From Pseudomonadota bacterium (lineage in GTDB: Bacteria > Pseudomonadota > Alphaproteobacteria > Rhizobiales > Hyphomicrobiaceae), in contig JBCBIY010000005.1 of assembly GCA_038523925.1 (NCBI GenBank), positions 27,716-91,715 of the forward strand: a DNA stretch of 64,000 bases, in the 5' to 3' direction. Under the pieces are notes generated by a model, which was given only the letters and a program-made list of their open reading frames with translations, was not told the origin of the DNA and did no database searches. The position numbers and the translations under genes are program-made. This document shows positions 9,476 to 19,354 of this stretch, in pieces (position 1 is the stretch's first letter; the number at the start of each line of letters is the position of its first letter).

Positions 9476-10681
9476 ATGAAAATCGAGCGCATCGAGACGG
9501 TCCGCACGACCGAATTCCCGAACATTCTCTGGGTGGAGCTGCACACCGATGAGGGTCTCGTCGGCCTTGGCGAGACGTTCTACGGGCTCGATGCTGCGGA
9601 GGGGCACATCCACAGCCTCATCGCGCCAAAACTCATCGGCAAGGACCCCCGCCAGATCGCGCGGCATCAGTCGGAGCTGACCGGCTATGTGGGCTTTGTT
9701 GGGTCGAGCGCGGAAATGCGGGGCCGCTCTGCAATCGACATTGCGCTTTGGGACATCCTCGGTCAGGCCGCCGGGCTGCCGCTCTGCGATCTCCTCGGCG
9801 GCCGCGTCCGCGACGACATTCGCGTCTACAACACCTGCGCCGGCTACTCCTACGTCCAGACCAAGATCACGCAGGGCACCGACAACTTCGGGCTCGACGC
9901 GACGACCGGCCAATACGAAGACCTCGATGCATTTCTGAACCGCGCTGATGAACTCGCCCAGTCGCTCCTGGAGATGGACATCACGGCCATGAAGATCTGG
10001 CCGTTTGACTACGCGGCGGAAGCCTCGGGCGGGCAATGGATTGGCTCGGACGACCTGAGGCGCGGGCTCGAGCCGTTTGAGAAGATCAGAGCCGCGGTGG
10101 GCGACCGCATGGAGATCGCAGCAGAACTACACGCGCTCTGGTCGCGTCCGATGGCCATCAAGATTGCGCGCGCGCTCGAAGACATTGGGCCAATGTGGGT
10201 CGAAGACCCGGTTGTCATGGACCACTTGCACGCGGTCGGCGAGGTCGCCGACGGCACGCTCTGCCCGGTCGCGGTTGGCGAGACGCGTGGCGGCGGCGGC
10301 GACTTCCGCCAGCTCTTCGAGCTTGGCAATCTCGCGATGGTCATCATGGACGTCACTTGGTGTGGCGGTATCAGCCAGGCCAAAAAGGCCGCGACGTTCG
10401 GGGAGCCGTACCAGGTCCCCGTCGCCTTTCACGATTGCACCGGGCCGATCGCGCTGCTCGCCTCGACCCACCTCGCGCTCAACACGCCGAACTGCTGGAC
10501 GCAGGAGGTCGTCCGCGCGTTCTACTACGGCTGGTATCACCGCTTCGTCACGGAGCTGCCACCGATCACGAAAGGCCAGATCACGGTGCCGCCAGGACCG
10601 GGCTTGGGGACGCGCCTTCAGCCAGACGTCAAGACGCGCGACGGCGTCACGGTTCGGATAACCGACGCATCTGATATTTAG
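9476..10681 (+). CDS. enolase-superfamily enzyme (mandelate racemase/muconate lactonizing family; sugar-acid dehydratase-like)
   Basis: MKIERIETVRTTEFPNILWVELHTDEGLVGLGETFYG is a typical N-terminal capping domain, and the length (401 aa) fits. GGAGGAGG lies upstream of the ATG at 9476. Confidence 0.8.
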   Translation: MKIERIETVRTTEFPNILWVELHTDEGLVGLGETFYGLDAAEGHIHSLIAPKLIGKDPRQIARHQSELTGYVGFVGSSAEMRGRSAIDIALWDILGQAAGLPLCDLLGGRVRDDIRVYNTCAGYSYVQTKITQGTDNFGLDATTGQYEDLDAFLNRADELAQSLLEMDITAMKIWPFDYAAEASGGQWIGSDDLRRGLEPFEKIRAAVGDRMEIAAELHALWSRPMAIKIARALEDIGPMWVEDPVVMDHLHAVGEVADGTLCPVAVGETRGGGGDFRQLFELGNLAMVIMDVTWCGGISQAKKAATFGEPYQVPVAFHDCTGPIALLASTHLALNTPNCWTQEVVRAFYYGWYHRFVTELPPITKGQITVPPGPGLGTRLQPDVKTRDGVTVRITDASDI

Positions 10682-10724
10682 CGCGACATGAGTGCGCGCC
10701 GCCGCTGGCGCGCAGGGGACAACC

Positions 10725-11420
10725 ATGACACCGCTGACACCACGCGCGGAAGCCATCAGCGCCGCCCGCGATATCCTGCCGCTCGCGTTCGGCGTCGCCG
10801 TCTACGGCGCGGCCTTCGGGCTGCTGGCAGCGCAGGCCGCCATGACCGAACTCGAGGTGGGCGTCATGGGCGCACTTGTCTTTGCAGGGTCATCGCAGAT
10901 CGTTGCGGTCGAACGCATGATCGCCGGCGCCGGTGCCGCCGCTGCGATTGTCGCCGGCGTCGCGCTCAACCTGCGTCTTCTGCTCATCACAGCGTCGGTT
11001 CGCGACATCTACCGGGACCGGCCGTGGTGGCAGATCGCGCTCGGCGCGCACTTGGCGACGGACGAGAATTGGGCACTGATGCTCGCCAAGCGCGGCGAGG
11101 GCGCCCAGGCCGGATACTGGTATCTGGTGGGCGGCGGACTGCTCATCGGGGTCACGTGGCTGGTCGCGACGACGGCCGGCGTGGCGTTCGCGCGGATGAT
11201 CCCTGAGCCGCGCGCGATCGGAATGGACTTCGCGTTTACCGCAGCCTTCATCGCGATCCTGCGCTCGCTGTTCCGCGGCCGCGCCGATGTCGTGCCCTGG
11301 GCGGTCGCAATCGGTGTCGTCGCGCTCGGTCAGGGAACAGGCCTTATCCCGCCGGCGTGGACGCTGATCGCAGGTGGCCTTGCCGGAACGGTTGTCGCGG
11401 GGCTCACCGCCGATGACTGA
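10725..11420 (+). CDS. azlC: AzlC-family branched-chain amino acid exporter subunit
   Basis: A polytopic membrane ORF with AzlC-like sequence (FAGSSQIVAV, LNLRLLL). It is followed by a small hydrophobic AzlD partner with an ATGA overlap. Confidence 0.7.
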   Translation: MTPLTPRAEAISAARDILPLAFGVAVYGAAFGLLAAQAAMTELEVGVMGALVFAGSSQIVAVERMIAGAGAAAAIVAGVALNLRLLLITASVRDIYRDRPWWQIALGAHLATDENWALMLAKRGEGAQAGYWYLVGGGLLIGVTWLVATTAGVAFARMIPEPRAIGMDFAFTAAFIAILRSLFRGRADVVPWAVAIGVVALGQGTGLIPPAWTLIAGGLAGTVVAGLTADD

Positions 11421-11709
11421 ACCGTGGATCGTGATCCTCTACCTGGCAGCCGCGACGTTCGCGATCCGGCTGACGGGCGTCTACGTCGGCCAGAGCCTTC
11501 CGCAGCAGGGCCGCATCGCTCGTGCGCTCAACGCGCTTCCCGGGTGTCTGATCGCGGCGCTCGTGGCACAATCGCTTTCAACCGGTGGGCCGGCTGAATG
11601 GACTGCCGCCACTGTGGCGGCCGCAACCGCGATTGCGACCCGTAGCCTGCCGCTTACCATGGCCGCCGGGATCGCCGCCGTCCTTGTGGCCCGCGCAGCC
11701 TTGGGGTGA
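11413..11709 (+). CDS. azlD: AzlD-family small membrane protein
   Basis: 98-aa hydrophobic ORF (MTEPWIVILYLAAATFAIRLTGV...) whose ATG overlaps the azlC stop. Confidence 0.65.
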   Translation: MTEPWIVILYLAAATFAIRLTGVYVGQSLPQQGRIARALNALPGCLIAALVAQSLSTGGPAEWTAATVAAATAIATRSLPLTMAAGIAAVLVARAALG

Positions 11710-11835
11710 GGGCGGGTGCTAGGCACCGCCGAGGTCGGTGTGCGTTGCCGGCGTGAACAACTGCTGGATGGCCGCCCTTTCTTTGGGCCCGCAAGCGAGC
11801 GCCCAGCGCCCGCGATCGGCATCGCCGCGGCTTAA

Positions 11836-13062
<1,227 letters not shown>

Positions 13063-13088
13063 CGGCCCCAAATGGACCGATCGTACAA

Positions 13089-13115
13089 GGCCCGCTCGCG
13101 TCGAGCGGGCCTTTT
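13089..13115 (+). terminator. rho-independent terminator downstream of ilvC
   Basis: GGCCCGCTCG-CGT-CGAGCGGGCC is a perfect 10-bp stem, followed by TTTT. It lies between convergent genes. Confidence 0.7.
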
Positions 13116-13136
13116 GCGTTGCGAGCCTCGTCAGCG

Positions 13137-13493
13137 TCACAGCTTGTCGCGCAGGACGTCGCCGATCTCGTCGGGGCTCACTGCATCGACGCGGTTCTCA
13201 GATGTCGCGAGGATTGAATCCGTCGCAGCCACACCATCGCCGTCGGCCTCAAGGTTGATCAGCGCGTCATTAATCCGCTGTAGCAGAACGTCCATGTCAT
13301 TGCCGAAGTCACCCGCGTCGCGGACTTCGAGGTCGGATTGGAGCTCCTGCAGTTGCTGGCGTCGCGTCTCGAGCGGCGCACCGGAAATTACGATCGCATC
13401 GATATCGGCAACCGTGATCGGCTGCGCAATGCCGCCAATGTCGCCATCGCCGCCGACGGCTGCGTCCATCGCTATGGGATCTTGTTCTGGCAT
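13137..13493 (-). CDS. hypothetical highly acidic protein
   Basis: 118-aa ORF with GC-rich third codon positions by eye, rich in D and E, and with no recognised motif. The competing + strand ORF is Arg/Ser-rich junk. Confidence 0.45.
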   Translation of the reverse strand: MPEQDPIAMDAAVGGDGDIGGIAQPITVADIDAIVISGAPLETRRQQLQELQSDLEVRDAGDFGNDMDVLLQRINDALINLEADGDGVAATDSILATSENRVDAVSPDEIGDVLRDKL

Positions 13494-13580
13494 GACAGCC
13501 TCCGCTCAGCGCCAAGCCTGATGCTTGCCGCATTCAGAGGCCGAACGCCTGAAGTCGCAAGCTGTTCCCAGCAACGGCGT

Positions 13581-14819
13581 TCAGTGCGCAGTGCCATCAA
13601 ACCAGGCGCGGATTGCGGCCCGCTCGGACGGCTCCATGTAGGACACGTTGCCGGGCGGCATGGCGTGCGAGCGGGCGGATTGGAGATAGATCGCGCGAGC
13701 ATGCGCTGCGATCTGGTCCGGCGTCTCGAGAGCCACGCCCTTCGGTGGACCGGCAAGGCCCGCCCAGCCGGGTTCGGCGGCATGGCACATGGCACATCGG
13801 CTCATGACGATGCCGCTAACGTTCTCAAAGTCCGGCGATGCCATCAGCGCGGCGACGCGCGTCGGCGGTTTGGCGGATGCCGCCGCGGTCTGTGACTCGT
13901 CGGCTTCCGACGGCGGAAACGTCGAGAGAAAGACCGCGAACGCAAAGAGTGCGGCCGTCGCAGCCCACGTCCAATACGGGCGCCCGCCGCCCGCGTGCAT
14001 CGTGTTGAAAAAGTGCCGGATCGTAAAACCCATCAGCAGGACGAGCGCTGCGATGATCACGCTGTACTCGGTCGCGTACGACAGCGGGTAGTGGTTCGAC
14101 AGCATGAAAAACAGAACCGGCAGCGTCAGGTAGTTGTTGTGCGTCGAGCGCTGCTTGGCGATCTGGCCGTATTTGGCGTCAGGCGTGCGGCCGGCCTTCA
14201 GGTCGGCGACGACGATCTTCTGGTTTGGGATGATGATCAGGAAGACGTTGGCCGACATCCACGTGGCGACGACTGCGCCGAGGTGGAGGAAGGCTGCACG
14301 GTCAGAGAAGACCTGCATGAAACCCCAGCAGAGCGCGACGAGGACGGCGAACAGGAACAGCATCAAGCGCACGTTGTCCTGGCCGAACGGGCTCTTGCAG
14401 ATGAGGTCGTAGGCGAACCACCCGAGCACGAGCGACGCGACGGAGATCAGCACGGCGCCCCAAACCGGCAGATCGATCTTGGTGGCATCGACGAGATAGA
14501 GTTCGGCGCCGAAGTAGTAGGTCAGCACCAGCAGGATGAAGCCCGAGACCCAGGTCCAGTAGCTTTCCCATTTGAACCAGGTCAGGTGGTCCGGCAGCCG
14601 CTCAGGCGCCACGAGATACTTCTGGATGTGGTAGAACCCGCCGCCGTGGACCTGCCACTCCTCGCCATGCGCTCCGGCCGGCAGATCCGCGCTTTTGCGC
14701 AGCCCCAGATCAAGCGCGATGAAGTAGAATGAAGAACCGATCCACGCGATCGCGGTGATCACGTGCAGCCAGCGCGCCGCGAACTGCAGCCACTCCATAA
14801 TGACGGGGTCGATGGTCAT
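13581..14819 (-). CDS. puuD: membrane-bound urate hydroxylase with a C-terminal cytochrome c domain (PuuD family)
   Basis: N-terminus EWLQFAARWLHVITAIAWIGSSFYFIALD, a polytopic membrane region, and a C-terminal CAMCH heme-c motif. It is linked to xdhABC. Confidence 0.7.
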   Translation of the reverse strand: MTIDPVIMEWLQFAARWLHVITAIAWIGSSFYFIALDLGLRKSADLPAGAHGEEWQVHGGGFYHIQKYLVAPERLPDHLTWFKWESYWTWVSGFILLVLTYYFGAELYLVDATKIDLPVWGAVLISVASLVLGWFAYDLICKSPFGQDNVRLMLFLFAVLVALCWGFMQVFSDRAAFLHLGAVVATWMSANVFLIIIPNQKIVVADLKAGRTPDAKYGQIAKQRSTHNNYLTLPVLFFMLSNHYPLSYATEYSVIIAALVLLMGFTIRHFFNTMHAGGGRPYWTWAATAALFAFAVFLSTFPPSEADESQTAAASAKPPTRVAALMASPDFENVSGIVMSRCAMCHAAEPGWAGLAGPPKGVALETPDQIAAHARAIYLQSARSHAMPPGNVSYMEPSERAAIRAWFDGTAH

Positions 14820-14859
14820 TGCGGATCAGCGCCTGCGGTGGTGAGAGGGGTTGAAACGA

Positions 14860-15633
14860 TCAGGACGTCGGCTCGCGGTCGGCCCAGCCGACGAAGACTT
14901 TTTCTAGCGCGACGACGATGTAGTAGAGCAGGATTCCGAGCGCTGCGAGCGCGATCAGCACCGCAAACATGAGCGGATAGTCGGAGCTGATCTTGCCGCT
15001 ATCGAACAGGTGGCCGAGGCCTTTCCCGTGCGGCTCGACGATTTCCATCAGGTTGGTGCCGATGAAGGCAAGCGTGACGGCCACCTTTAGCGCGCCGAAA
15101 AACTCTGGAAGCGTTTTCGGCAGCGCGATCTTTGTGAAGATCGTCATCTGACTTGCGCCGAGCGAGCGGAGGATGTCGCGGTACTCAGGCTCCAGTGTCG
15201 ACAGGCCGATTGAGATTGAGACTGCGATTGGAAAGAACGAGATCATGAACGCGATCAGGATCGTGTTCATGTCGTGCTGGCCAACGAACATCAGCGCGAT
15301 GACCGGCACGACGGTCGCTTTCGGGATCGCGTTAAAGCCGATCAGCAGCGGGTAGAGCGCATCGCGCATGGTCCGCGAGAAACCCATAATCGCGCCAAGC
15401 GCAATCCCGACCACAACGGCGAGCAACAGGCCTGCGACCGTGCGCCAGAGCGTGTCCCAACTGTATTCAAGAAACAGCCAGCGATACTTCCAGAAGGCGG
15501 GGCCGATGTCGGACGGCGAGGCCATCTTGTAGTTCGGCCAGCCGTTCACCCAGACCAGCCACTCCCAGAAGAGAAGAAAGATCAGGGTCGCGAAAATGGG
15601 GATTGCGACGCCGCGCAGGGCTGCTTGCGACAT
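14860..15633 (-). CDS. ABC transporter permease (NitT/TauT family)
   Basis: 257-aa polytopic ORF with a binding-protein-dependent permease pattern. Its start shares one nt with the stop of the ATPase gene. Confidence 0.8.
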   Translation of the reverse strand: MSQAALRGVAIPIFATLIFLLFWEWLVWVNGWPNYKMASPSDIGPAFWKYRWLFLEYSWDTLWRTVAGLLLAVVVGIALGAIMGFSRTMRDALYPLLIGFNAIPKATVVPVIALMFVGQHDMNTILIAFMISFFPIAVSISIGLSTLEPEYRDILRSLGASQMTIFTKIALPKTLPEFFGALKVAVTLAFIGTNLMEIVEPHGKGLGHLFDSGKISSDYPLMFAVLIALAALGILLYYIVVALEKVFVGWADREPTS

Positions 15634-16487
15634 CAGGCGACCTCGGCCTGTTTGGCGACGCCTTCAGGCGGCGCCGACTGAGCCGCAGCAGCTGCTATGT
15701 CGAGCCCGGTGGTCGTCTTGGCGACTTCGATTTCAGCGCGAAGCTCGGCGAGGATCTCCGTCGTGCTTGCCGAATAGAGATCGTCCAACGTGCGGTCCGG
15801 CCCAAGCGGCACATCGAAGATGCGTTGGGCGGCCGTCGGGCGGCCGCTCAGCACGATGATCTGATCGGCGAGGAAGACGCTTTCGCGAAGGTCATGCGTG
15901 ATGAGCAGGCCAGTGAAGGCCTCCTCGTGGCGCAGCCGCCGCATGGTTTGCCACAGATCCTCGCGCGTAAAGGCGTCGAGCGCACCGAAGGGCTCGTCGA
16001 GGATGAGGACTTCGGGCGAGTGCACGAGCGCGCGACAGAGGGAGGCGCGCTGGCGCATGCCGCCCGACAGCTCCGAGGGCCGTTTGTCCTCAAAGCCCGA
16101 GAGACCAACAAGCGCGAGGAGTTCCTTTGCCCGCGCTGTCTGCTCCGCGCGGCTGAGTTTGGTCGGCACAATCTCAAGCGGCAGCAGGATGTTTTTGAGG
16201 ATCGTCCGCCACTCGAGCAGGACAGGGTTTTGAAAGGCCATGCCGACGGTGGGCCGCGGCGAGCGGACAAGCGTTCCGCCAAGTTCGACCTCGCCCTCGT
16301 CGGGCATCAGCAGCCCTGCAATCAGCCGCGTCAGCGTGGACTTCCCGCACCCAGATGGCCCGACGACGGCGGTGAACCCGCCCTTCGGAACCGTCATCGA
16401 AAGATCGTGCACGACGGGCAACGGGCCCGAGCCCGTCCGATAAGTGTGCGTCACGCCGCGAATTGCGATGTGTGCCTGGTCCGTCAT
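15633..16487 (-). CDS. ABC transporter ATP-binding protein
   Basis: Walker A GPSGCGKST, signature LSGGMRQR and Walker B ILILDEPFGALD. Confidence 0.9.
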   Translation of the reverse strand: MTDQAHIAIRGVTHTYRTGSGPLPVVHDLSMTVPKGGFTAVVGPSGCGKSTLTRLIAGLLMPDEGEVELGGTLVRSPRPTVGMAFQNPVLLEWRTILKNILLPLEIVPTKLSRAEQTARAKELLALVGLSGFEDKRPSELSGGMRQRASLCRALVHSPEVLILDEPFGALDAFTREDLWQTMRRLRHEEAFTGLLITHDLRESVFLADQIIVLSGRPTAAQRIFDVPLGPDRTLDDLYSASTTEILAELRAEIEVAKTTTGLDIAAAAAQSAPPEGVAKQAEVA

Positions 16488-16550
16488 GCACGTCCCCGCG
16501 TCAGGTGCCGGGCTGCGCGCCGCTGAGGCAACGCGCAGCCGGCTGCCCGA

Positions 16551-17558
16551 TCAGTTGAGTTTGAGGCTGCCGTCCGTCGGCAGGTAGGCGTCAGTAAAGA
16601 TCTTCGCCGGATCAGGCTTGGTCTTGTACTCGTAGTTCTCGCCGATCTGGTCGAGCGAGGCCTTAAAGCGGTCCATGTCGATGCCGCCCATGCCGTTCGC
16701 CTTCGTGTAGTCAGTGACGACGTTGGCATCGATTGCGAGTTTCAGGCGGCGGGCCTCGAGTGCCACGTCAGCCGCCGGGTTTCGCTTGGCGACCATCTCG
16801 GCACCCTTCGTCGGATCCGCAATCACGTCCTTCCAGCCCATCGCAACTGCGCGGAGGAAGCCCGTCACCTTCTCCTTGTTCTTCTCGGCCCACTCGGTGT
16901 TCACGATGATCGCGTTGCCGTAGAGCTTGAGCCCGTGGTCGGCCATCAGGATCACTTTGATATCGTCTTCCTTCACGCCGAGGCGGACGAGGTTGAGGTA
17001 GCTCGAGAACGAGAAGCCGGTAATCGCATCGACCTTGCCTTCCGCAAGCATGGGCTCTCGCGTCGGGAAGCCGACCGGTTCGACTTTCACTTTGCTCGTG
17101 TCGATCTTGTTGGCGGAGGCAAACGCTGGAAACTGTGCCCAGGCGCCATCCGGTGGCGGAGCGCCAAGCGTCTTACCTTCGAGATCACCAGGCGCCGAGA
17201 CACCCTGCGACGCGCGGCCGATGACGGCGAACGGCGGCTTGTCATAGACCATCATGACGGCCTTGACGGGCGCCTCCGGGTTCTGGTCCAGAAATTTGAC
17301 CAGCGAGTTGATGTCGGCAAAGCCGATCGGAAAAGCGCCGGTTGCGACTTTCGGAATGGCATCGAGCGAGCCCTTGCCCGGCGAGATGGCGACGTCGAGG
17401 CCTTCTTTCTTGAAGTGCCCATTGTCGACGGCTGCGAAGTAAGCGGCGGCCGGGCCTTCAAACTTCCAGTCGAGCGCCATCTGCACTTTGGTTTGGCTTA
17501 AGGCGGGAGTCGCTAGCACCGCGACGGCCGCCGCGGAGAGAATAAGCTTGCGCAACAT
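16551..17558 (-). CDS. ABC transporter substrate-binding protein (NMT1/THI5-like)
   Basis: Signal peptide MLRKLILSAAAVAVLATPALSQ and the length and pattern of an NMT1-like periplasmic binding protein. It is the first gene of the transporter operon. Confidence 0.75.
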   Translation of the reverse strand: MLRKLILSAAAVAVLATPALSQTKVQMALDWKFEGPAAAYFAAVDNGHFKKEGLDVAISPGKGSLDAIPKVATGAFPIGFADINSLVKFLDQNPEAPVKAVMMVYDKPPFAVIGRASQGVSAPGDLEGKTLGAPPPDGAWAQFPAFASANKIDTSKVKVEPVGFPTREPMLAEGKVDAITGFSFSSYLNLVRLGVKEDDIKVILMADHGLKLYGNAIIVNTEWAEKNKEKVTGFLRAVAMGWKDVIADPTKGAEMVAKRNPAADVALEARRLKLAIDANVVTDYTKANGMGGIDMDRFKASLDQIGENYEYKTKPDPAKIFTDAYLPTDGSLKLN

Positions 17559-17866
17559 GATCGGTCCTTCTCGTCACTTCGAACGGGGCGGCGGCAAGCG
17601 GGTGCGAGGTCCACGGACCGCCAAGCGCACCAAAGTGAGCCCCGATTGCTTAGGCGCTCAAGCAAAAACGCTCAATTGCACGGCAAGAATGCCATTTGAG
17701 ATGGTGAAAATCGCGATCGACCTTTGCCCTTTGTCGCGTTTGGTTAGAGCTTGAGCAGCCGCCTCACCAACCTGCCGAAGCGATGTGCAGGGCGCGTGAA
17801 CTGGCGCGCTTGTCAGCCCGCGCCCCGGGGGGCACCCTTGCGGCGGGCAGACACGCGAAGGATCGC

Positions 17867-19354
17867 ATGACGTCACCACTTTCATTTGTGCTCAACGGCC
17901 GCCGCGAAGTGCCGGATGGTGCCGGGCCGACAGACACGTTGCTCGGCTACCTGAGGGCCGGCCGCACGCGGCGCCTGACGGGGACGAAGGAAGGCTGCGC
18001 TGAAGGTGACTGCGGCTCCTGTACGGTCCTCCTGGGCGCGCGCGACGATGATGCGCCGCACGGGATCCGCTACCGCCTCGCGAACGCCTGCATCCTGCTG
18101 ATGCCGATGGTGCACGGCCGCGCGATCGTAACGGTCGAAGCGCTGAAGGGGCCGGCTGGCGAACTGCATCCCTGCCAACAGTCGATTGTCGACACACATG
18201 GCTCGCAGTGTGGATTTTGCACGCCCGGGTTCGTGATGGCGCTCCGCGCGCTGCAATCAGGTGACCATGGCGCCGGGCCTGCTGCGACGGCGACCGATGC
18301 GCTTGCTGGCAACCTCTGCCGGTGCACGGGATATGGCCCGCTGATCGATGCGGCCGATGCGGTTCGCGATGCGCCGCTGCCAGACTGGGACATCGCACGG
18401 CAGGCTGAGGAGCGCGCGCTGCTGGACGTGATCGCCGCTGAGGGCGCCGACACGATCGAAGTCGCAGCAGGGGATCGCCGCGCGTTGGTTCCACAAACAG
18501 CCGATGCGTTTGCAGCCGCCGTCACAGCCAACCCGGATGCGCGCATCGTCGCCGGTGCAACCGATGTCGGGCTTTGGGTGACCAAGCAGGATCGCGATCT
18601 GCCGACGACAATTTACCTCGGCCATGTCGCCGCGTTTGGCGAGACGACAGCGCGTGACGGCAAATTAAGGATAGGTGCATCCGTCACCTACGCCGATATC
18701 CATGCGCGACTTGCTGACCTCTGGCCGGACCTTGGCGAACTCATCCGCCGGATTGGCGGGCCGCAGGTGCGCGCAAGCGGGACGATCTGTGGGAACATCG
18801 CGAACGGCTCACCGATCGGAGATATGCCGCCGGCACTGATCGCGCTTGGTGCGGAGCTGATCCTGCGCATGGGCGACGCGCGCCGCCGGATGCCGCTCGA
18901 AGATTTCTTCCTTCAGTACGGCAAGCAGGATCTCGCAGCGGGCGAGTTCGTCGAGGCGGTCGAGATCCCGCTTGAGACGCCGCCGGGTCAGCTTGCCTGC
19001 TACAAGATCTCGAAGCGGTTTGAGAGCGACATCTCCGCTGTTCTGGCCGCCGTCAACGTCACCGCTGAAGGCAAGCGCATCACTGGCGCGCGCATTGCGT
19101 TTGGCGGAATGGCCGGCGTGCCGAAGCGGGCCCGCGCCGTGGAAAGAGCGCTCCGCGGCGAGCCATTCACGGTCGCAACGTTTGTGGGCGCCGCGCGCCA
19201 TATCGCCGACGACTTCGCGCCACTCGACGATCTGCGTGGTTCCGCCGGCTACCGGCTCGCGACCGCGCGCAACCTTCTGATCAAGTACGGCCTTGAGCGC
19301 ACCGGCGACACGTCCGCGACGCGGCTGACCGGCTTGGATGCGGCGGTCGCATGA
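17867..19354 (+). CDS. xdhA: xanthine dehydrogenase small subunit ([2Fe-2S] + FAD)
   Basis: Fe-S Cys clusters CAEGDCGSC and CGFCTPG...CRCTGY, followed by an FAD-binding domain. The start is taken at MTSPLSFVLNG (17867). Confidence 0.9.
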   Translation: MTSPLSFVLNGRREVPDGAGPTDTLLGYLRAGRTRRLTGTKEGCAEGDCGSCTVLLGARDDDAPHGIRYRLANACILLMPMVHGRAIVTVEALKGPAGELHPCQQSIVDTHGSQCGFCTPGFVMALRALQSGDHGAGPAATATDALAGNLCRCTGYGPLIDAADAVRDAPLPDWDIARQAEERALLDVIAAEGADTIEVAAGDRRALVPQTADAFAAAVTANPDARIVAGATDVGLWVTKQDRDLPTTIYLGHVAAFGETTARDGKLRIGASVTYADIHARLADLWPDLGELIRRIGGPQVRASGTICGNIANGSPIGDMPPALIALGAELILRMGDARRRMPLEDFFLQYGKQDLAAGEFVEAVEIPLETPPGQLACYKISKRFESDISAVLAAVNVTAEGKRITGARIAFGGMAGVPKRARAVERALRGEPFTVATFVGAARHIADDFAPLDDLRGSAGYRLATARNLLIKYGLERTGDTSATRLTGLDAAVA

